A stretch of 64,000 nucleotides of DNA from Streptosporangiales bacterium (GTDB lineage: Bacteria > Actinomycetota > Actinomycetes > Streptosporangiales > WHSR01), in assembly GCA_009379995.1 (NCBI GenBank), contig WHSR01000010.1, positions 18,214 through 82,213 on the forward strand. The letters run 5' to 3'. Below the pieces are notes generated by a model. The model saw only the letters and a program-made list of their open reading frames with translations, was not told the origin of the DNA and did no database searches. Position 1 is the first letter of the stretch, and each line of letters opens with the position of its first letter. Position numbers and translations under genes: made by a program. Shown here one piece after another: positions 26,373-35,115 of this stretch.

Positions 26373-27533
26373 CTAGGGTCGGCGCGCCGGCTCGCAGGCC
26401 AGCCGGTAGCCACGTTTGGTCACCGTCCGTACCAGCCGGGCGTCGCCCAGGCCGGCGCGCAGCCGCGCCACCGCCATCTCCAGGGCGTGGCCGTCCACCC
26501 CACGGCCCGGCAGGGACTGGAGCAGCTCGGCCCTGGGCACGACGTAGCCGGGGCGCCGCGCCAGCGCCCGGAGCACCCCCATCGGCGCAGGCGCGAGCGG
26601 GGTGAGCTCCCCGTCGATGACCACCGCGTGGCCGCGCACCTCGAGCAACCGGCCGGCGACACGCACGGCGCGGCCCCGCCGCGGAAGGTGGTCGACGATG
26701 GTACGTACCAGGGCGGCGAGCCGCGCCCGGGACGGCTGCAGCGTGGGTACGTCGTAGCGGGTCAACGGTCCGGCGGTGACGGGTCCGACGCAGGCCGCTA
26801 CCACGTCCCCGCGCAGCGCGTCCAGAAGCGCCTCCTTCTTGCCGAGGTGGGCGGAGACCAGCAGCAGACCCACGGCGGCCGGTGCGCTGGTAAACGTCAC
26901 GGCGTCGACCTGCCGCGCCATGACCTGGCCGACCAGACGCTGCGCGGCGGCGACGTCCTCCGGGAGGGCCCACCGGTAGACAGGGACCGCGATGACCTCG
27001 GCCCCGGCGTCCCGCAGCGCGCGGACGAACTCGGCCAGCGGCTCACCGTTGAGCTGCACGGCGATCCGGCGACCCCGGATGTCGCGGGCGAGCAGGTGGT
27101 CGAGAATCTCGGCGGACGATTCCGAGGCGGGTGACCAGGCGTCGGTGAGACCGGCGGCGCGGACCGCGCCGCGGGCCTTGGGCCCCCTGGTAAGCAGCGT
27201 CGCGGACGCGAGCCGCGCGGCGAGCTGCTCGCCCAGCCCCCAGCCCTCGGCCGCCTCCATCCAGCTACGGAAGCCGATTCCGGTGGTGGCGACCGCGATG
27301 TCGAGCGGCTCGGCCAGGCATGCCCGGGTGGCGGCGAGCAGAGGCGCGTCGTCGGGGAGAGGGGCTGTGCGCATCACCGGGGCGCACACGACACGCGCGC
27401 CCCGACGTTCCAGGAGCGCGGCGAGCTCCTCGCGACGGCGCTCCGCGGTCACCGCCACGGTGAAGCCGGCGAGCGGGCCGAGATCACAGCCGGACCGATC
27501 CCGGTCCGCCCCGACGAGCCGATCCAGGCTCAC
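26373..27533 (-). CDS. Uroporphyrinogen-III synthase (HemD) domain fused to OmpR/PhoB-type winged-helix DNA-binding domain
   Basis: GTG at 27533. The HemD-like region runs GFTVAVTAERRREELAALLERRGARVV...AVTFTSAPAA. The C-terminal LEVRGHAVVIDGELTPLAPAPMGVLRALARRPGYVVPRAELL...VDGHALEMAVARLRAGLGD...VRTVTKRGYRL matches the trans_reg_C pattern. Confidence 0.7.
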   Translation of the reverse strand: MSLDRLVGADRDRSGCDLGPLAGFTVAVTAERRREELAALLERRGARVVCAPVMRTAPLPDDAPLLAATRACLAEPLDIAVATTGIGFRSWMEAAEGWGLGEQLAARLASATLLTRGPKARGAVRAAGLTDAWSPASESSAEILDHLLARDIRGRRIAVQLNGEPLAEFVRALRDAGAEVIAVPVYRWALPEDVAAAQRLVGQVMARQVDAVTFTSAPAAVGLLLVSAHLGKKEALLDALRGDVVAACVGPVTAGPLTRYDVPTLQPSRARLAALVRTIVDHLPRRGRAVRVAGRLLEVRGHAVVIDGELTPLAPAPMGVLRALARRPGYVVPRAELLQSLPGRGVDGHALEMAVARLRAGLGDARLVRTVTKRGYRLACEPARRP

Positions 27534-27915
27534 CTGGCCGCCACCTCCACGACGCCGTCGCGCGGGCGGATCCGGTAGCGCCGAAGCCGGACTCGTTCTA
27601 CGGCCGTCACACCTACACTCCTCCCGCCTCGCCGAGCCTCCACATGGCGGTGTCATGCCGGACCCGCACCGTCATGGCGCACCGCAGTGCGCAGCAAGGG
27701 CGGTGTGTTGCGGTGGGCATGGCTGCGATCGTGGGAAGGCCGCGTTTCACCGCTGGGTCCCTTGTGTTACCGACGTGCTAAAAGGCCCTCACAGGCCCGC
27801 CCTGCTCAGGTGGGACGACTCCTCGGTGGTCGACATCTTCTCGGTAGCCTCTGAGTGTGCTACGAGACGACAACGAGCAGACGAAATCGCACGGCGAACC
27901 CCATCGCTCGCGCCC

Positions 27916-28752
27916 ATGAGAGTGATGGTCGCGGGAGGTTCGGGGGTTCTGGGCTCGCGTGTGGCGCAAGCGCTCGTGCACGCCGGGCACGACGTGTACG
28001 GGACGACGCGTGGCCGAGAGAAACTGGCGATCGTCGAGAACACGGGGGCGCGCGGGCTCATCATGGACGCCCTCGACCCAGCTTCTGTTGCGCAGGCTCT
28101 TGACGGGGCGTCGTTCGATGTCATCGTGCACGAACTGACCAATCTCGCCGAGTTCGATTTCGCGGGCAACGCACGCCTGCGTATCGAGGGCACCGCGAAC
28201 CTCGTTGACGCGGCGCTCGCCCGCGGTGTGCGGAGCATGGTGGCCCAGAGCATCTCATGGGCCTACCGGCCGGGCTCCGAGCCGGCCGCAGAGGATGAAC
28301 CGTTCGCTCGCCCCAACTCCGAGCCCGCGTTCGGCTCTGTCGAAGAGCTCGAGGCGTCGGTTGCGCGTATGCCTTACGGGGTTGTGCTGCGTTACGGCCT
28401 CCTCTACGGCCCTGGCACCTGGTACGACACCGATGGGGCGCTGACTCGGGCGGCTCGGGAGGGAACGGTGGACGCGTCGACGGCGTGGACGAGCTTTGTG
28501 CACGTCGATGACGCTGTCGCCGCAACCGTGCAGGCGCTCACCTGGCCCAGTGGCCCGGTCAACGTCGTCGATGACGACCCGGTTCACGTCGACGAGTGGG
28601 GTCCGCTGTTCGCACGCGCCTGCGGGTACGCCGCCGCTCCACGGGTATCCGCGCGATCGGCGGGGCGTGCGGCCGACAACACTCTCGCGCGCTCGCGGGG
28701 CTGGACGCCTGAGCACCCGACGTGGCGCACGACCCTGGCGGGCCAGGATTGA
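27916..28752 (+). CDS. NAD(P)-dependent epimerase/dehydratase-family oxidoreductase
   Basis: ATG at 27916 lies inside ORF 26992..28752. MRVMVAGGSGVLGSRV is the Rossmann GxxGxxG motif. Confidence 0.7.
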   Translation: MRVMVAGGSGVLGSRVAQALVHAGHDVYGTTRGREKLAIVENTGARGLIMDALDPASVAQALDGASFDVIVHELTNLAEFDFAGNARLRIEGTANLVDAALARGVRSMVAQSISWAYRPGSEPAAEDEPFARPNSEPAFGSVEELEASVARMPYGVVLRYGLLYGPGTWYDTDGALTRAAREGTVDASTAWTSFVHVDDAVAATVQALTWPSGPVNVVDDDPVHVDEWGPLFARACGYAAAPRVSARSAGRAADNTLARSRGWTPEHPTWRTTLAGQD

Positions 28753-28838
28753 ATCGACGGCGACGTCCTACCCCGGCGCCTCACGCGAGCCTGGCGACTC
28801 AACGGTCAGGGCTCCTCGGTAACCGAGGCAGCGACCTC

Positions 28839-29246
28839 CTATCGCCATCCCGCGTCGTGCGCTCCGGCTGCTTTGAGCGCGTCCTCCCGGCGTACGTAGT
28901 CGCGCAGGTGGACGATCTGGCCGTCCTTCAAGGTCAGGACGTTGAACAGCTGACCGCCAAGGTCGGTGTCGATCAGGGGCTCCTGGAAGCGGAGGCCTTT
29001 CATACCGAGGATCACGTGGTCACCGGCGTCGAGAAGCTCCAGCGCCTCGATGCCGAGTCCGTCGCTGTCCTCCATGGCGTTCCGCAAGAACTGCAGCACC
29101 TCGTGACGACCTCGGCTCACCAGTCCCTCCACCACGCCTTCCCACACCACGTCGGGGTGCAGGCGCCGGGCGATGGCGTCGAGATCGCGTCGCCGGAAGG
29201 CATCAACGAAGTCATCGAGAACGATCTCTATGTTCCGCTGCGACAT
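28839..29246 (-). CDS. NTF2/SnoaL-like family protein
   Basis: Only the last 135 aa of the 693-aa ORF look real: MSQRNIEIVLDDFVDAFRRRDLDAIARRLHPDVVWEG... Confidence 0.6.
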   Translation of the reverse strand: MSQRNIEIVLDDFVDAFRRRDLDAIARRLHPDVVWEGVVEGLVSRGRHEVLQFLRNAMEDSDGLGIEALELLDAGDHVILGMKGLRFQEPLIDTDLGGQLFNVLTLKDGQIVHLRDYVRREDALKAAGAHDAGWR

Positions 29247-29387
29247 GGACGATCCCTTCTGGTCGGCGGCCGCAACATGAAGATCGGGAAGCGCATCCGC
29301 CACGGCATAGACATCATCGGGCAGCCAACACATGGCTCGCCAGGGCCGGGTAACGCTCCGCCGCCGCAGGGCGGCAGGATGGTGGGC

Positions 29388-29822
29388 ATGAGCCCGCACC
29401 AGAATCCGCATGAGAACCTCCTGGTCGACCCGGCGGCCACGCACCTGCCCGACGATCCCGCGGCCCGGGAGGCGCTCGCCGGCGCCGCCGATCCGGCCGA
29501 GGCCGCCGCCCGCCACCCGACGTACCCCGCCGCCTGGGCGGCGCTGGCCGACGGCGCCTTCGCCGCCGGCGAGGTCACCGCCTCGTACGCCTACGCGCGC
29601 ACTGGCTACCACCGAGGGCTGGACCAGCTCCGCCGCGCCGGCTGGAAGGGGCACGGCCCGATCCCGTGGGAGCACGAGCCCAACCGCGGCTTCCTGCGTT
29701 CGCTGCACGCCCTGGGCAGGGCGGCCCGCGAGATCGGCGAGACCGACGAGGCCGAACGGTGCGGCACCTTCCTGCGCGAGGCCAGCCCGGCCGCCGCGGA
29801 CGAGCTGGGCGGCGAGGGCTGA
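29388..29822 (+). CDS. DUF3151-like conserved actinobacterial protein
   Basis: Contains HPTYPAAWAALADGAF...SYAYARTGYHRGLDQLRRAGWKGHGPIPWEHEPNRGFLR and lies immediately upstream of purA. Confidence 0.5.
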   Translation: MSPHQNPHENLLVDPAATHLPDDPAAREALAGAADPAEAAARHPTYPAAWAALADGAFAAGEVTASYAYARTGYHRGLDQLRRAGWKGHGPIPWEHEPNRGFLRSLHALGRAAREIGETDEAERCGTFLREASPAAADELGGEG

Positions 29823-29825
29823 CCG

Positions 29826-31130
29826 GTGCCGGCCGTCGTGCTCGTGGGTGCCCAGTGGGGGGACGAGGGCAAGGGCAAGGCCACCGACCTGCTCGGCAGC
29901 CAGGTGGACTACGTCGTCCGCTACCAGGGCGGCAACAACGCCGGCCACACGGTGGTGATCGGCGACGAGCAGTATGCGCTGAGCCTGCTGCCGTCCGGGG
30001 TCCTCTACCCGAACGTCGTACCCGTGATCGGCAACGGCGTGGTGGTCGATCCCGGCGTACTGCTCGAGGAGATCGAGGGGCTGGCCGCCCGCGGCGTGTC
30101 GTGCAAGCTGTTGTTGCTGTCCGCGAACGCCCACCTGATCATGCCGCACCAGCGCGCCCTCGACCGGGTGACCGAGCGGTATCTGGGTAAGGCGCGCATC
30201 GGCACCACCGGCCGCGGCATCGGCCCGGCCTACGGGGACAAGGTGGGCCGGATGGGTATCAGGGTGCAGGACCTGTTCGACCCCGGGATCCTGCACCAGA
30301 AGCTGGAGCTCGCGCTCCGCGAGAAGAACCAGGTGCTCACGAAGGTGTACAACCGGCGCCCCATCGAGGTCGAACCGGTGGCCGAGGAGTACGTCGGGTA
30401 CGGCGAGCGGCTGCGCGGCTACGTCGCCGACACCTCCCTCGTGCTGAGCGAGGCGCTGGACGCGGGGAAGAACGTGCTGCTCGAGGGGGCACAGGGGACG
30501 CTGCTCGACGTCGACCACGGCACGTACCCGTTCGTCACCTCCTCGTCGCCGACCGGAGGCGGGGCGTGCGCCGGGGCCGGGATCGGCCCGACCCGGATCG
30601 ATCGGGTGGTCGGGATCGCCAAGGCGTACGTCACCCGGGTCGGCTCCGGCCCGTTCCCCACCGAGCTGTTCGACGAGTACGGGGAACGGCTGCGCAAGGT
30701 CGGCGGCGAGTACGGGGTGGTGACCGGTCGCGAGCGACGCTGCGGGTGGTTCGACGCGGTGCTCGCCCGGTATGCGGTCCGGGTGAACGGCATCACCGAC
30801 CTGTTCCTGACCAAGCTCGACGTGCTGTCCGGGCTGGAGAAGGTGCCGATCTGCGTGGCGTACGAGATCGACGGCGTCCGGCACGACGAGATGCCGATGA
30901 CCCAGACGGAGTTCCACCACGCCAGCCCGATCTACGAGTACCTGGACGGCTGGTGGGAAGACATCTCCAATGTCAGGTCACCGGAGGAACTCCCGAAGAA
31001 CGCGCGCAACTATGCCCGGGCCGTTGAGGAGATGTCGGGCGCCCGGGTCTCCGCCGTCGGGGTGGGGCCCGGCCGCGACCAGACGGTCCCCGTACATCCG
31101 CTGCTGACATCGACTAGGCTGGTCACGTAG
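29826..31130 (+). CDS. purA: Adenylosuccinate synthase
   Basis: [42 protein letters not shown] and KLDVLSG are all present. Confidence 0.95.
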   Translation: MPAVVLVGAQWGDEGKGKATDLLGSQVDYVVRYQGGNNAGHTVVIGDEQYALSLLPSGVLYPNVVPVIGNGVVVDPGVLLEEIEGLAARGVSCKLLLLSANAHLIMPHQRALDRVTERYLGKARIGTTGRGIGPAYGDKVGRMGIRVQDLFDPGILHQKLELALREKNQVLTKVYNRRPIEVEPVAEEYVGYGERLRGYVADTSLVLSEALDAGKNVLLEGAQGTLLDVDHGTYPFVTSSSPTGGGACAGAGIGPTRIDRVVGIAKAYVTRVGSGPFPTELFDEYGERLRKVGGEYGVVTGRERRCGWFDAVLARYAVRVNGITDLFLTKLDVLSGLEKVPICVAYEIDGVRHDEMPMTQTEFHHASPIYEYLDGWWEDISNVRSPEELPKNARNYARAVEEMSGARVSAVGVGPGRDQTVPVHPLLTSTRLVT

Positions 31131-31152
31131 CCAACAAAAGCCGTGATCGTTT

Positions 31153-32196
31153 TTGTTCTCGTCTACTTCTCGTAACCTAAGCCTCGCGGACGATTCGTAC
31201 TCACTACCTAGCGTAACGATCGTGCGCAAGGTCGCCCCCCTCCGGGACACGGTCGATCTTCAGGGTCACCGTGGCGCCCGGGGGCTTCGTCCAGAGAACA
31301 CGCTTCCCGCATTCGCAAAAGCCCTCGAAGTCGGCGTGACCACGCTGGAGCTCGACGTCGGGATCACCGGCGACGGCGCCGTCGTGGTGAGTCACGACGC
31401 GGCGGTCTCCCCCCTCAAGTGCGAGGACACCGACGCCGTGGAGCCCGACGATCCGCTGTTCCCGTACGTGGGCCGGCCGCTGGCTCAGCTCACCCTTGAT
31501 CAGGTCAAGACCCTGGAATGCGGCGTACGCCGGCCGAGGGACATGGACACCGACCCGTTCGTGGGCAGCCAGCTGCCGATACCCGGCACCGCGATGCCCA
31601 CGCTGGACGAGGTGTTCGACCTGGTCGACGGGTACGGAGCCGACGACGTACGGTTCAACGTCGAGACCAAGATCAGGCCCACCCAACCCTCGCTGACGGT
31701 GGATCCGCAGACCTTCGCGGAAAGGGTGATCGAGGTCGTCCGGGAGCACGGCATGACACACCGGACGACGCTGCAGAGCTTCGACTGGCGGACGCTGCTG
31801 TGGGCCGATCGCCTGGTGCCGGAGATGGAACGCTCGGCGCTGGTGGACACACGTACCTTCGAGCGTGACTCGCCGTGGCTGGCCGGGCTGGATCTGACCG
31901 CCTTCAGCGGGGACGTCGCGGCGGCCGCGGAGGCGATCGGCGCGAGCGTGCTGTCACCCGAGCACGTCCTGGTCACCGACGACCTGCTGGGCCGGGCACA
32001 CGGACGCGCCCTCCCCGTGGTCACCTGGACGGTCAACGACCCGGAACGGATCGCGGAGCTGCTCGACCTCGGGGTCGACGGGATCATCACCGACTTCCCG
32101 GACCGGGCCCGGCTGGTCCTGGAGGGCCACGGCAGGGAGCTCCCCACCGCCCGCCCCGAGCCGGCCCACGCCGAGATCTATGTTGCGGGGGTCTGA
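31153..32196 (+). CDS. Glycerophosphodiester phosphodiesterase family protein; last ~9 codons and the stop are supplied by palindromic element A
   Basis: Contains LQGHRGARGLRPENTLPAFAKALEVGVTTLELDVGIT (GDPD HR..G/E.D motif). The start is uncertain (possibly GTG ~31222). Confidence 0.75.
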   Translation: MFSSTSRNLSLADDSYSLPSVTIVRKVAPLRDTVDLQGHRGARGLRPENTLPAFAKALEVGVTTLELDVGITGDGAVVVSHDAAVSPLKCEDTDAVEPDDPLFPYVGRPLAQLTLDQVKTLECGVRRPRDMDTDPFVGSQLPIPGTAMPTLDEVFDLVDGYGADDVRFNVETKIRPTQPSLTVDPQTFAERVIEVVREHGMTHRTTLQSFDWRTLLWADRLVPEMERSALVDTRTFERDSPWLAGLDLTAFSGDVAAAAEAIGASVLSPEHVLVTDDLLGRAHGRALPVVTWTVNDPERIAELLDLGVDGIITDFPDRARLVLEGHGRELPTARPEPAHAEIYVAGV

Positions 32197-32232
32197 TCCG
32201 GACAAAACGGCCCCCACAACATAGATCTCGGC
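32170..32232. repeat. Palindromic intergenic element, copy A (22-nt arms, 19-nt loop)
   Basis: Left arm is GCCGAGATCTATGTTGCGGGGG (32170-32191), the loop is tctgatccggacaaaacgg, and the right arm is CCCCCACAACATAGATCTCGGC (32211-32232). There is one C.A mismatch, which would be G.U on the opposite strand. Confidence 0.85.
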
Positions 32233-32250
32233 GATCTCGGCGTAAGGGGC

Positions 32251-33399
32251 CTAGAGCCAGCCGTTGCGGCGGAAGCCACGGTAGAGCAGGCCGCAGACGG
32301 TGCCGATCAGGCCGAGGATCAGCGGGTAGCCGTACCGCCAGTGCAGCTCCGGCATGTAGTCGAAGTTCATCCCGTACAGCCCGGCGACCATCGTCGGCAC
32401 GGCGAGGATCGCGACCCAGGCGGAGATCTTCCGCATGTCCTCGTTCTCGGCCATCGTCATCTGCGCCAGGCTCGCCTGCAGGATGGAGGTGAGCAGCTCG
32501 TCGAACGACGCGACCTGCTCGCGGACCCGGGACAGGTGGTCCTCGACGTCGCGGAAGTACTCGCGGATCCTCGGGTGCACGGTCCGGTAGCTTCGCGTGG
32601 TCAGCGCGCGCAGCGGCTGGGCGAGCGGGGTCACCGCGCGCTTCAGCTCGATCAGCTCTCGCTTGAGCTGGTAGATGCGTTCCACGTCGCGCGTCCGCTG
32701 CGGCGAGAAGACGGTGGTCTCCACCTCGTCGATGTCGACCTGCAGGGCGTCGGTGGCCGCCAGGTAGTCGTCGACAACGTGGTCGGCGACCGCGTGCAGT
32801 ACGGCGGCCGGACCCAGCTGGAGCAGCTCCGGCGACTCCTCGAGCCGGCGGCGCACCGGGCGTAGCCCGCAGTGCTCACCGTGCCGGACCGTCACCACGA
32901 AGTCCGGCCCGAGAAAGACCATGATCTCGCCGCTCTCCACGATCTGGCTGCTGGCGGTGAGCCTGTCGTGTCCGACGTATCGCACCGTCTTCAGCACGGC
33001 GACGAGTACGTCGTCGTAGCGCTCCAGCTTCGGCCGCTGGTGGGCCTGGACGGCGTCCTCGACGGCGAGCGGGTGCAGCCCGAAGATCTCCGCGAGCTCC
33101 TCCAGCTCGCGCTGGTCGGGCTCGTGCAGGCCAACCCAGACGAACGGCCACTCGGCGGCGTCCCGATGGAGGCCACCGCGCTCGATGTCCCGGATGGAAC
33201 GACGTACCACTGCCAGGGCGTCGGTCACGCCTTCGGTGTTGGGTACGACGTCCACCCGGTGCCCGTCGACGTAGGCGGCGCAGTCAACGATCGAGGACCT
33301 GGGGTAGCGCGGAGCTTCCGGCCCGGGTCGGAGGGCACGCGGGGTACGGCGCCGTACCGGGTGCGTCGGACGGATCTTCAGGCGGGGAATTGTGGTCAC
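32251..33399 (-). CDS. corA: CorA-family magnesium/cobalt transporter
   Basis: Has the C-terminal YGMNF motif (GLYGMNFDYMPEL) and two TM helices. GTG at 33399 is preceded by AGGAG at 5-nt spacing. Confidence 0.85.
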   Translation of the reverse strand: MTTIPRLKIRPTHPVRRRTPRALRPGPEAPRYPRSSIVDCAAYVDGHRVDVVPNTEGVTDALAVVRRSIRDIERGGLHRDAAEWPFVWVGLHEPDQRELEELAEIFGLHPLAVEDAVQAHQRPKLERYDDVLVAVLKTVRYVGHDRLTASSQIVESGEIMVFLGPDFVVTVRHGEHCGLRPVRRRLEESPELLQLGPAAVLHAVADHVVDDYLAATDALQVDIDEVETTVFSPQRTRDVERIYQLKRELIELKRAVTPLAQPLRALTTRSYRTVHPRIREYFRDVEDHLSRVREQVASFDELLTSILQASLAQMTMAENEDMRKISAWVAILAVPTMVAGLYGMNFDYMPELHWRYGYPLILGLIGTVCGLLYRGFRRNGWL

Positions 33400-33806
33400 C
33401 GGAACTCCTATTCCCGCCCGGGCACACACTGCCGCCGTCTTCGTAGGGATTGCCCCGAAGAGCGACCCAGGGTGACGTGCCGCCGTGGCGATCGCCCTCA
33501 TGGGGCGGCAGCACGGAAATCGCTGGTGAAGAAGAAGCGTGGTGCCCGGACGTCAGGCCGTGCTCTTGGGCTGGCGTGGCGCAGTGCGGTCCGCGCCTGG
33601 GGTGGTCGGACTACTACTGCCACTGGGATCGTCAGGACTCATCCGAACCACCTCCTTTCGGCCATGCGCCCGCGGGCGCCGTCCAACGGAGACCACGAAG
33701 ATCAACTGGGGGAAGTCTACCTCGCCCCCAGGGTGGGTCCCGCTTTCCCGAAAATGGACGCGCCGCACCGTATGACGGTTTACCCGAAGCAATAGGCTCC
33801 CGAGGT

Positions 33807-35090
33807 GTGAAGGTGCTGGTTCTTGGCGGCGGCGGGCGGGAGCACGCGCTGTGCCGCGCGCTCGCCGACGATCGCGAAGTGACGGACCTCGCCTGTGCTC
33901 CCGGCAACGCCGGGACGGCGGGCGTGGCCACCAACCATCCCGTCTCCGTCACGGACGGCGCGGCGGTCGTGGAGCTGGTCGGTAACCTCGCCGCCGATCT
34001 CGTCGTGGTGGGCCCCGAGGCACCGCTCGTTGCCGGGGTCGCGGACGAGGTACGGGCGGCCGGGGTCCCCTGCTTCGGCCCGTCGGCCGCGGCGGCCCAC
34101 CTGGAGGGGTCCAAGGCGTTCGCCAAGGAGATCATGGCCGCGGCCGGCGTGCCGACCGCGGAGTCCCGGGTCTGTGCGGCGAAGGAGGAGGTCACCGAGG
34201 CCCTCGACGCCTTCGGCCCACCGTACGTGGTGAAGAACGACGGCCTCGCGGGAGGCAAGGGCGTCGTGGTCACCGAGGACCGGTCAACCGCCGAGTCCCA
34301 CGCCGCCGCCTGTGGCCGGGTGGTCGTGGAGGAATACCTCGACGGGCCGGAGCTCTCGCTGTTCGCGCTGACCGACGGGACGACGGTGCTGCCGCTGCAG
34401 CCGGCGCAGGACTACAAGCGCATCCACGACGGCGACCACGGCCCGAACACCGGCGGGATGGGGGCCTACTCACCGCTGCCCTGGGCGCCGCCGACGCTGG
34501 TCGAGGACGTGGCCGGGGCGGTCCTGCAGCCCACGGTCGACGAGATGCGCCGCCGGGGCAGGCCGTATGCCGGTCTGCTCTATGCCGGGCTGGCGCTCAC
34601 CTCCGGCGGCCCCAAGGTGGTGGAGTTCAACGCGCGCTTCGGCGACCCCGAGACGCAGCCGCTGCTGGCCCGGCTGCGTACCCCGCTCGCCCCCCTCCTG
34701 CACGCGACCGCGACCGGCGAGCTGGCCGCCGCGCCACCGCCGCGGTGGAGCGCGGCCGCGGCGGTCACCGTCGTCATCGCGGCCGAAGGTTACCCCGGCG
34801 CCGTGGCGACCGGCGACGTCATCGACGGGGTCGAGGAGGCCGAGGGGGTGCTGGGCGCCTACGTGCTGCACGCCGGCACCGCGCGGGACGAGGCGGGCCG
34901 GCTGGTCTCGGCCGGCGGCCGGGTGCTGAACATCGTGGGCGTGGGCGCAGACCTGGCCGAGGCGCGTACGAACGCGTACGACGGGGCCGCACGCATCCGG
35001 ATGCGCGGCGCCCAGTACCGCACAGATATCGCTGCACCGAGATCTAGGTTATGGGGGTACGAATGGGTACAAATCCGGCCCACAACATAG
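33807..35090 (+). CDS. purD: Phosphoribosylamine-glycine ligase; C-terminal ~17 codons and the stop lie in palindromic element B
   Basis: Contains VKVLVLGGGGREHAL, YVVKNDGLAGGKGV, GPNTGGMGAYSP, FNARFGDPE and the ending ...GAQYRTDIA followed by the element-encoded tail. Confidence 0.9.
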   Translation: MKVLVLGGGGREHALCRALADDREVTDLACAPGNAGTAGVATNHPVSVTDGAAVVELVGNLAADLVVVGPEAPLVAGVADEVRAAGVPCFGPSAAAAHLEGSKAFAKEIMAAAGVPTAESRVCAAKEEVTEALDAFGPPYVVKNDGLAGGKGVVVTEDRSTAESHAAACGRVVVEEYLDGPELSLFALTDGTTVLPLQPAQDYKRIHDGDHGPNTGGMGAYSPLPWAPPTLVEDVAGAVLQPTVDEMRRRGRPYAGLLYAGLALTSGGPKVVEFNARFGDPETQPLLARLRTPLAPLLHATATGELAAAPPPRWSAAAAVTVVIAAEGYPGAVATGDVIDGVEEAEGVLGAYVLHAGTARDEAGRLVSAGGRVLNIVGVGADLAEARTNAYDGAARIRMRGAQYRTDIAAPRSRLWGYEWVQIRPTT

Positions 35091-35096
35091 ATCTCG
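35038..35096. repeat. Palindromic intergenic element, copy B (diverged)
   Basis: Sequence is CCGAGATCTAGGTTATGGGGG ... CCCACAACATAGATCTCG. The right arm is nearly identical to copy A, and the left arm has several substitutions. Confidence 0.7.
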
Positions 35097-35115
35097 ATGG
35101 GGGGAGACTTGAGGC

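Noticed and set aside
29247-30920. N-terminal ~560 aa of the 693-aa minus ORF 28839..30920
   Set aside because: This part is antisense to purA and the DUF3151 gene and has no domain features. Only the last 135 aa (the SnoaL-like protein with its own ATG at 29246) were kept.
33560-33610. Possible ZTP (pfl) riboswitch upstream of purD (GGGCUGGCG ... CCGCGCCUGGGG)
   Set aside because: The two consensus-like strings are only ~18 nt apart, with no room for the P1/P2 sub-domain. They also lie ~200 nt from the purD start. This is a resemblance by GC-rich chance and would need an Infernal scan to revive.
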